A stretch of DNA of 64,000 bases from a virus: the IMG/VR virus record IMGVR_UViG_3300021964_007119, positions 18,180 to 82,179 of that record, one strand, 5' to 3'. The position numbers and the translations under genes are program-made. Numbering within the stretch: position 1 is the first letter of the stretch; every line of letters begins with the position of its first letter. Of the stretch, positions 57,150 to 64,000 are shown one piece after another. The notes under the pieces are model-generated. The model saw nothing but the letters and a program-made list of their open reading frames with translations, was not told the DNA's origin and did not search any database.

Positions 57150-58863
57150 TTAATATCTCCAATACTTTATCAACATCTTCTGGAATATCAACGGCTTGTG
57201 TTGTTCCGTATGTTTCCAACATTTTTACATTTATTCCTAATTCTAAAAACCTTAAAATTTCAATATCTTCTGACCACTCTATTTGAGTTTTTCCGTGTTT
57301 TAATCCAAACTGATAAAACTTATCTAACTCATCTTTTGTAAATGCATAAATACAAACTTGTTTATGAACTAATTTTGAGTGTCCTTCTTTTGTTCCAGGT
57401 ATTGCACTTCTTGACATATAAACCAAGTTATTGTTGAAGTTAGACACAACTTTTGGAATATTTCTGTTTGTTGCTTCTGATGAATCAAATCTACTCATAC
57501 AATTAACAACACTATCCATATTTTCTAATTTACAATCAATAACTTTTTGTATATCTTCTGGGTCTAACAATGGTTCATCACCTTGAATATTTACAATAAT
57601 ATCACTATCTATTTCTTGTGATGCTTCACAAACTCTATCAGTTCCAGTTAAACAATTATCAGAAGTCAAAATAACTTTGTAATCATAATCATCAACTACT
57701 TTTGCTATTCTTTCGTCTTCTGTTGCAATATAAATGTTTTCTTTTGGAACGACTTGTGATGCTATATCAGCCACTCTAATAATCATTGGTGTTCCGTCAA
57801 TATCTACAATTGGTTTTCCAGGAAATCTACTTGACTTGTATCTTGCTGGTATCACAATACTTACTGACTTTTCTGATAATGGTTTTATCTCGTCTTGATT
57901 GTAAAATTCCTTACCACCACTAAACGATAATTCTTCTAATTTGTCTTGTATTTCGGAATCTGAAATGTGGTAGGTTTGTAATTCTTGTGGATAAGAAGGG
58001 TGTATTTCATTAATCCCAGAATACATATAACTTGGACTCCAACCCCACTTTGATTTTTGTTTCATTGGTTCAAATTTTCTTTGAACTAAGTCTAATAAAT
58101 TTTTTGTAGGTTTTTTCTTCCACATTAAATATTGTTCTATTCTTAAATTACCAGCACCTCTACCCATACCGGTAATTGTTCCGTCAACAATGTCCACCCC
58201 AAATTTTTCTGCTTGATATGAATTAGAAAAGGCTAATCCTAAATTATTATGTGGATGAAAACCTAACCATTTATCCCAGTCATCACAAGTCGCTCTAAAT
58301 TTTTTAAATAATTTTGTAAGTTTTTCTCCTTGCAATGAACCCAATGAATCTGCTACATATATCATATCAGAACTAGATTTACCAATCTTTTGAAGTGCTA
58401 ATCCTACTTCAAGATTAGTCAATGTGGCTACTTTCATCAGATTTAATGCTGTGTAATATCCTAAATCAGAAATTATTTCTAACATTTCTAATGATTTGTC
58501 TAATGTTTTATAATTAGTTGCTATTCTACAAAGTGTAAATGGTGATTTATCTTTTGGTTTAATAACATCAAGTAATAATCTTTTATTTACTTTGTTGTCC
58601 TCTATGAAATCTTTAGCATCAATCATAAATGCAAGTTTAGATTGTTTACCAAAAACTTCAACATCTTTTAAAAGGTTTTCAATAAACTTATCATTACATT
58701 TTCTAAATCTACCACCGGGTAATGGCGATTTATAACCTAATTCAATGTAATCTACTTCTGAAAAGTTTAAACACTTGACCATTTCTTTAACCAAGTCATC
58801 ATCAAACTCCCAATTAGTATAATAACCCCCGTCTCTTAATGTGCAATCTAATATTAAACTCAT
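57133..58863 (-). CDS. kdsB: Fusion of a DRE-TIM (HMGL-like) pyruvate aldolase and a CMP-Kdo-synthetase-like cytidylyltransferase
   Basis: N-term ILDCTLRDGGY...GFHPHNN...GMGRGAGN; C-term IPARYKSSRFPGKP...TGTDR...NIQGDEP. Confidence 0.85.
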   Translation of the reverse strand: MSLILDCTLRDGGYYTNWEFDDDLVKEMVKCLNFSEVDYIELGYKSPLPGGRFRKCNDKFIENLLKDVEVFGKQSKLAFMIDAKDFIEDNKVNKRLLLDVIKPKDKSPFTLCRIATNYKTLDKSLEMLEIISDLGYYTALNLMKVATLTNLEVGLALQKIGKSSSDMIYVADSLGSLQGEKLTKLFKKFRATCDDWDKWLGFHPHNNLGLAFSNSYQAEKFGVDIVDGTITGMGRGAGNLRIEQYLMWKKKPTKNLLDLVQRKFEPMKQKSKWGWSPSYMYSGINEIHPSYPQELQTYHISDSEIQDKLEELSFSGGKEFYNQDEIKPLSEKSVSIVIPARYKSSRFPGKPIVDIDGTPMIIRVADIASQVVPKENIYIATEDERIAKVVDDYDYKVILTSDNCLTGTDRVCEASQEIDSDIIVNIQGDEPLLDPEDIQKVIDCKLENMDSVVNCMSRFDSSEATNRNIPKVVSNFNNNLVYMSRSAIPGTKEGHSKLVHKQVCIYAFTKDELDKFYQFGLKHGKTQIEWSEDIEILRFLELGINVKMLETYGTTQAVDIPEDVDKVLEILNERKS

Positions 58864-59756
58864 TGAAATGTATCCTCTAAATATTTTTCTAAATCCATTG
58901 TTGGATAATAACCCAACTCTTGTTCTAATTTATAACAATCCAACCAATATGCTTTATCGTGTCCAAGTCTATCGTCAACTTGTTGAAAGTTAACTCCACC
59001 CTCAGTCAACATAGTTACTTTATCAACAATATCAACATTACACCAAATGTCACCTGTTCCGACATTGTAAATACCATAATGATTTGAACTATGAGTTAAC
59101 AAGTCAATAATTCTTATATTATCTCCAACCCAAATCCACTCTCGTCTATTCAATCCGTCTCCGTATAACGGGAAAGCCATTTGTTCTTTATAACACTTAA
59201 AGAGCTTGGGAAGAAACTTTTCTTCGTGTTGTCTATCACCATAATTATTACAACTGCGTGTAATTAGATAAGGTAATTCGTATGTTTTACCGGCCGCAAG
59301 CACAATTTGGTCAGCCGCAGCTTTTGTGGCGGAATAATAAGAACTTGGTTTTAAAACATCTGTTTCAATTGAAGGTTCTTTAACATCACCATAAACTTCG
59401 TCAGTTGAAATCTGAACAAACTTCTTAAAGTTTTTCATTTGTCTACATAATTCTAGTAAGTTAAATGTTCCATTAACATTTGTTTTGACAAATGGACTTC
59501 CGTCATCAATAGAATTATCTACATGCGATTCAGCTGCAAAGTTTACACAATATTGTATTTCACCAATATCATCATAAGTTAAATCATTGATATCTTTTTT
59601 GATTAGTTTAGCATTACCTGGTAAATAATCAATGTTAGAAGCGTATGTAAGTTTGTCCACCACTATCACTTCCATATCTACATAACCCATTTGGAAATCT
59701 GTAAAGTGTGAACCAATAAATCCACACCCACCTGTTATTAACATTCTTTCTTTCAT
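58860..59756 (-). CDS. rmlB: dTDP-glucose 4,6-dehydratase
   Basis: DKLTYA, FAAESHVD, ISTDEVYG, YSATKA, DRLGHD. Confidence 0.92.
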   Translation of the reverse strand: MKERMLITGGCGFIGSHFTDFQMGYVDMEVIVVDKLTYASNIDYLPGNAKLIKKDINDLTYDDIGEIQYCVNFAAESHVDNSIDDGSPFVKTNVNGTFNLLELCRQMKNFKKFVQISTDEVYGDVKEPSIETDVLKPSSYYSATKAAADQIVLAAGKTYELPYLITRSCNNYGDRQHEEKFLPKLFKCYKEQMAFPLYGDGLNRREWIWVGDNIRIIDLLTHSSNHYGIYNVGTGDIWCNVDIVDKVTMLTEGGVNFQQVDDRLGHDKAYWLDCYKLEQELGYYPTMDLEKYLEDTFQ

Positions 59757-60670
59757 AATCTCTCACTCAACTTTCGTAGTTCTTCTGGATAATATTTGTT
59801 AGCATTATCTCTGTATCTTTGTTTAAATTCATCTGAATTTGTTTTGTCTGCTATGTAATTTACATAAGGATTTAAATCTCTATACTTTCTGTTTTCACAA
59901 ACCAACATATTATCTAAAGTATATTGTTTTATATCATATCCTTTTTGTTGCATCATACGACAACCTTCTTCTACAAATGTATCATCTAATCCGTATGAAC
60001 TTAATGAATCTGGAACATCAATTAATTTTAATAAATTAGAACTAAACACATTAAACCAACCACCACCAAATTTAAATCCATTTAATTCTTTAATTCCAAT
60101 TGTAGATGAATATTCAAAAACTTCTGAATCTAATTTGAACGGGTCATAGTTCAACCAAATTTTAGAATCATAACCCATAGGAATATATCTTTCATTTGAA
60201 ATTATATTCCAACTTTCGTCCCACAATCTTAACAATTGTGAATTTAAAATATAATATTTATTATTAATTTGTTCCATTGCTCTAAACAAATAAGATAAAT
60301 TAAACATTGAAAAATAAACATCAGTATCTAAATACATAAAGTTTTTAGGATTATTTTCTCTAATACTATTTCTTCTCTTATCGTTTATTCCTAAACATCT
60401 ATTACTATCGTTTATTTCAAAAATATTTTTAGAAGTCCAATCACATCTTTGTTTCATCATCTCAAATTTATCGGCGAAAAACTCTTTTGGTAATTGACTT
60501 GTTTCCCAATCGGTTAATTTATCTGATAGGTTTAGGGTAAAGTCTAAAATAACTTCATCATTTGATTCTAAAAAATGTGATGACCTTTTTAAGTGATTAA
60601 CTATTCTGTCTAGTTCATCTATTTCTCTTGGTAAACAATGTAATATTATATGTAAATCATTCGTCTTCAA
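59753..60670 (-). CDS. Putative GT-A-fold glycosyltransferase
   Basis: MYLDTD (DxD), YGLDDTF; context. Confidence 0.6.
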   Translation of the reverse strand: MKTNDLHIILHCLPREIDELDRIVNHLKRSSHFLESNDEVILDFTLNLSDKLTDWETSQLPKEFFADKFEMMKQRCDWTSKNIFEINDSNRCLGINDKRRNSIRENNPKNFMYLDTDVYFSMFNLSYLFRAMEQINNKYYILNSQLLRLWDESWNIISNERYIPMGYDSKIWLNYDPFKLDSEVFEYSSTIGIKELNGFKFGGGWFNVFSSNLLKLIDVPDSLSSYGLDDTFVEEGCRMMQQKGYDIKQYTLDNMLVCENRKYRDLNPYVNYIADKTNSDEFKQRYRDNANKYYPEELRKLSERL

Positions 60671-61304
60671 GTCTTATAACCTTTTTTTGTTTAACTAAAT
60701 AATCTAAATAATCTTTTTCTTTTTGTAAATTATGGTCTGTTCTACCACTTCTCCACGCGTGTTTTGATGTTCTAGTTTCTTTTGTATCATAGTAATGAAT
60801 ATATTTATACTCTTTACTATGTCCATCAAATCCGTGAATATAAATTTGGTCATAACTATTAGTCAAAAACTGAATAGCTATTAGACCACTAGTTGGCCAT
60901 GCTGGTGAAAAGTTTACGACTGAATTAATATCATCTTCTAATTGACTTGGTAGTAATTGTATATCTTCATATTGATTACAAAATTTTAAAACTCGTTGAC
61001 ACTCATCAGTTTGTAAATTAATATTGTGTTTAAATTTTGGACTAATAAAATAAACATAACCGAACTCGTTCCAACGACTAGAACCCTCAATTTTTTCATT
61101 TTCATTTTCTAACCATTGAACACCATTATCTGCTAAAAACCAAGCATCAACTCTTGTCCCAACATTTTTTTCATAACTCTTAGTTTTGAATCTATTAATT
61201 CTGTAAACTAAGTCGAAGTCATTATCTATTTTTTCACCAAATTCATTGTCCATAACTGATGAACCATTTCCCATTAATAATATTTTCATTTTACAACACA
61301 CCAC
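60657..61304 (-). CDS. GT29 sialyltransferase-like protein
   Basis: Sialylmotif L (GNG...GEKID..D.V.RIN...NVGTR), S (PTSG...GFD), III (HYYD) and VS (HxxxxE). Confidence 0.75.
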   Translation of the reverse strand: MVCCKMKILLMGNGSSVMDNEFGEKIDNDFDLVYRINRFKTKSYEKNVGTRVDAWFLADNGVQWLENENEKIEGSSRWNEFGYVYFISPKFKHNINLQTDECQRVLKFCNQYEDIQLLPSQLEDDINSVVNFSPAWPTSGLIAIQFLTNSYDQIYIHGFDGHSKEYKYIHYYDTKETRTSKHAWRSGRTDHNLQKEKDYLDYLVKQKKVIRLEDE

Positions 61305-62041
61305 CTTTCAAATGAATCTTCTGTGATATATTTTTCAAATCTATCAACTGGTTGATTAAAGAAAAATTCATTTACGGCTATTCTTGCACCAGGATATTTT
61401 AACGAATAATATTCGTCAAAAATTATTGAACCACCTTGTTTTACATTTTTGTAAAGGTTACTCAAAACATCTAAATAACTTTGGTATAAATCACAATCTA
61501 AATGTAATATGTCTATTTCTTTGTTAAAATTTTCTGTGGTTTCTGAAAATGTTCCTTTATGATATTTGACAAATAAATCTGAAAAGTGATTTTCAAATGT
61601 TAAAACATTCCCTATATTTGAAAAGTATTCCTCTGATAAATGATTTAGTCCTTTGAAATTATTTGTTCTTTCTTTTGCTTTATCAAAATGTTCTTGGTCT
61701 ATAGCTCCATTTTCAAAAAGGTCTATAAATTGTGCGGGTTCGTCATTTGAATTAGAAACTACATCACTAGGAAATCCACCGAAAGTATCAAATCCGTGAA
61801 ACTCAATATCATAATTATATTTTTTACAATACAAAAGTACTGGAACTAATGTCCAACCTTTGAATACTCCACATTGAACAAATACTCCTGATTTTATTTC
61901 TTTTATTTTTTGTAAAAGTAATAAATTATTATAACCAACACTCCATTCTTCAGTATTTACAATATCTAGTAATTCATTGGCTACTGGTTTTATTTCTTCA
62001 AAGTCTTGGACTACATCATTATCTATTTGATATGTTTTCAT
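61286..62041 (-). CDS. TylF/MycF-family O-methyltransferase
   Basis: CGVFKG, GFDTFGGFP, LHLDCDLYQS, IFDEY. Confidence 0.85.
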   Translation of the reverse strand: MKTYQIDNDVVQDFEEIKPVANELLDIVNTEEWSVGYNNLLLLQKIKEIKSGVFVQCGVFKGWTLVPVLLYCKKYNYDIEFHGFDTFGGFPSDVVSNSNDEPAQFIDLFENGAIDQEHFDKAKERTNNFKGLNHLSEEYFSNIGNVLTFENHFSDLFVKYHKGTFSETTENFNKEIDILHLDCDLYQSYLDVLSNLYKNVKQGGSIIFDEYYSLKYPGARIAVNEFFFNQPVDRFEKYITEDSFERWCVVK

Positions 62042-62648
62042 ATAACCTATTTTGTCTTTCTTGTCTTTTTATATCTTTCGGGTGATATAAACAAAATTCT
62101 TCTTGTGGTGGAAAATGTGAAACTTTTTTTGCTCCCTCAACGACTTCGTGAACTGGATTTATCCAATAAATAGATTTATCATTACGATAAATTCTACCTT
62201 GATAATCTGGGAAGTTTATCCACCCTTGTTCCGTTACTCTCCAACCCCATTTCTGTATGTGTTCTTCTGTAATTCCTTCTACGGTATTTACTCTTGGTAA
62301 CCAAATTAAATCTACATCATTTGATTCTAAAATTTCGTGTATATTTTTAATCAACCATTTGTTTGGTATTTCGTCTGCGTCAATACAAAAAATATAATCA
62401 AATTCTTCTCTAATTAAACTATTGGCGTAATTGTGTTGTTTTGAAAAATCACCAGCTAACTCGTGTTGATAATAATCGTATTGTTTTGACTCAGAATATT
62501 TTGAAAGTATTTTTCTTGTTGGTGCATCTGAAAAATCATCAACGACTATAATGTGGTCTTGTTCTTTAATGTTTTCAAATAAAAAGTCTAATAGTTTTTC
62601 TAAACTATCGGTTTCGTTGTGTGTTAATATTTTATAACATATTCTCAT
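62019..62648 (-). CDS. Glycosyltransferase family 2
   Basis: VVDDFS, IDADE, PDYQGR, VHE. Confidence 0.85.
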   Translation of the reverse strand: MRICYKILTHNETDSLEKLLDFLFENIKEQDHIIVVDDFSDAPTRKILSKYSESKQYDYYQHELAGDFSKQHNYANSLIREEFDYIFCIDADEIPNKWLIKNIHEILESNDVDLIWLPRVNTVEGITEEHIQKWGWRVTEQGWINFPDYQGRIYRNDKSIYWINPVHEVVEGAKKVSHFPPQEEFCLYHPKDIKRQERQNRLYENISNR

Positions 62649-63400
62649 TAACCTTTAACTCCCGTATCTAAATTACTTTCTCTAAGTTTTAGTTCAAATT
62701 TTATATTTTGTTCTTTTTTTAATTTTGCCATAACTTTTTCTAAAGCTTTCATTGCGGCTTTTAATTGTTTTTCTCTTAGTTTTTTTAATTTTATGTCTTT
62801 TTTTGTTTTTTCAGTCTTGATAGTTTGTTTTTCAGATATGTTTTCTTTAATTTCTTTTATTTCTTCTTCTGGTTGTTCTGGTGCTTCTTCTTTTGGTAGT
62901 TTTTTCATTTCTAACTCAATTAATTTTCTTTGAATGTCAAATTTTGAAAAGTCATATGTTACTTTTTTAATTCCAGTCATTTTGTCTAATGAATAAGTTC
63001 TGTATAAATCATATCTGTCAAATCGTTTAAGATGTCTGTAATAAGTTTTATCTCCGTCTTCACCACCTTCAAACACAAAATTTAATATTTGTAAACTTTT
63101 ATCAATGTAATTTGTGTCAACAAGGTATTCAACACTTCTAGTTTTATATTCGGTATAAAATCTATTAATGAGTCTGTTAAAAATAGGTATTGGCATATTT
63201 TTTAATAATAGTCCGTGCATTTTTCTTATTTTTTTTCCACCTTTTAACGGGTAAACATTTGTCACCAACACTAATTCTAATTCTTGTCTTCCTGATTTAT
63301 CAACATATCTAAATGCAACAATGTATCCAGGCCTCATTTCTGAATATTGAATACCTTGTCTATCTTTAATATTTGCTCTATGTGTTGCTAAAAAACTCAT
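62648..63400 (-). CDS. Hypothetical protein with charged coiled-coil tail
   Basis: 250-aa ORF; faint resemblance to DNA end-protector-type proteins, not established. Confidence 0.45.
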   Translation of the reverse strand: MSFLATHRANIKDRQGIQYSEMRPGYIVAFRYVDKSGRQELELVLVTNVYPLKGGKKIRKMHGLLLKNMPIPIFNRLINRFYTEYKTRSVEYLVDTNYIDKSLQILNFVFEGGEDGDKTYYRHLKRFDRYDLYRTYSLDKMTGIKKVTYDFSKFDIQRKLIELEMKKLPKEEAPEQPEEEIKEIKENISEKQTIKTEKTKKDIKLKKLREKQLKAAMKALEKVMAKLKKEQNIKFELKLRESNLDTGVKG

Positions 63401-63401
63401 C

Positions 63402-64000
63402 TTACATCATCATTCCGGGATTCATAGGTGGTTGTGTTGAATCAGATTTTTCTTCTGGTTTATCTGTAATGGCTACTTCCGTAGTTAATAACAATCCAGA
63501 TATTGATGAAGCATTTTCAACGGCTACTCTGGAAACTTTAGCTGGGTCAATAATACCCGACTCAAACATATTAACATATTCTTCGTTTCTTGCGTCATAA
63601 CCAAAATCATCTTCACTCTCAAGAACTTTCTGAACAACGATTGATGATTCCACACCAGCGTTTGAACATATTTGTCTGATTGGCCCTTCCAATGCTCTTT
63701 TCATAATATCAACACCGACTTGTAAACTTGGTGTTGTTTCTATGTTTTCTAAGTCTTTACTTGCTCTAAGTAATACAACTCCACCACCTGTTACAATTCC
63801 TTCTTCAACAGCGGCTCTTGTTGCGTGTAAAGCATCATCAACTCTATCTTTCTTTTCTTTCATTTCAACTTCGGTAGCGGCTCCAACATTTAATACTGCT
63901 ACACCACCACTTAATTTTGCTAGTCGTTCTTGTAGTTTTTCTTTATCGTAGTCTGATTTACTTTTTTCAATATGAACTCTTATTTCATTAACTCTGTTTG
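63402..64000 (-). CDS. groEL: Chaperonin GroEL, C-terminal part (5' end beyond window)
   Basis: [16 protein letters not shown]...[29 protein letters not shown]...GIIDPAKV...GMMM. Confidence 0.96.
   Translation of the reverse strand, partial: NRVNEIRVHIEKSKSDYDKEKLQERLAKLSGGVAVLNVGAATEVEMKEKKDRVDDALHATRAAVEEGIVTGGGVVLLRASKDLENIETTPSLQVGVDIMKRALEGPIRQICSNAGVESSIVVQKVLESEDDFGYDARNEEYVNMFESGIIDPAKVSRVAVENASSISGLLLTTEVAITDKPEEKSDSTQPPMNPGMMM

Noticed and set aside
908-63951. All + strand ORFs in the track (e.g. 16062..16370, 41418..41822, 42904..43284, 53121..53495)
   Set aside because: Mostly antisense shadows of well-supported minus-strand genes or tRNAs; none has recognisable motifs
1-64000. 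Stop-codon reassignment
   Set aside because: Long genes are intact in the standard code, TAA, TAG and TGA all end genes, and no suppressor tRNA is seen
42131-64000. Bacterial LPS/capsule locus (host contamination or prophage boundary)
   Set aside because: Same strand, composition, gene overlaps and late-type motif as the phage part; no export genes, integrase or att site seen

Overview
AT-rich 64-kb segment of a large (jumbo-like) contractile-tailed dsDNA phage. Essentially all genes are on the minus strand, they read in the standard bacterial code, and many overlap by TAATG/ATGA. No capsid, portal, terminase or polymerase gene is visible in the window. Layout by + coordinates: (1) 1-1.9 kb, replication/recombination (Mre11/SbcD-like nuclease, primase, Holliday resolvase); (2) 1.9-18.4 kb, virion module (multidomain protein probably cut by the prohead protease, tail/baseplate proteins, gp6-like wedge, gp25); (3) 18.5-32.7 kb, sigma-like factor, HD hydrolase, glycosyltransferase, peptide deformylase, UvsE, RimK, DUF262/HNH-like protein, Dam, Hc1-like protein; (4) 28.5 and 32.7-33.4 kb, six tRNAs; (5) 33-40 kb, early region with micro-ORFs, strong sigma70-type promoters, several unannotated structured RNAs and a probable origin with tandem DnaA boxes; (6) 42-62.6 kb, about 20 kb of sugar-nucleotide, nonulosonic-acid and glycosyltransferase genes including a GT29 sialyltransferase-like gene, with groES inside and groEL at the right edge. 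The most novel-looking signals are a 197-nt tRNA-shaped RNA with its own promoter and a large structured insert, a possible virion glycosylation system ([S/T]-x-S-rich tail proteins plus the glycan cluster), and the DnaA-box origin flanked by nested inverted repeats. All calls come from reading motifs by eye; no database search or RNA folding was run.
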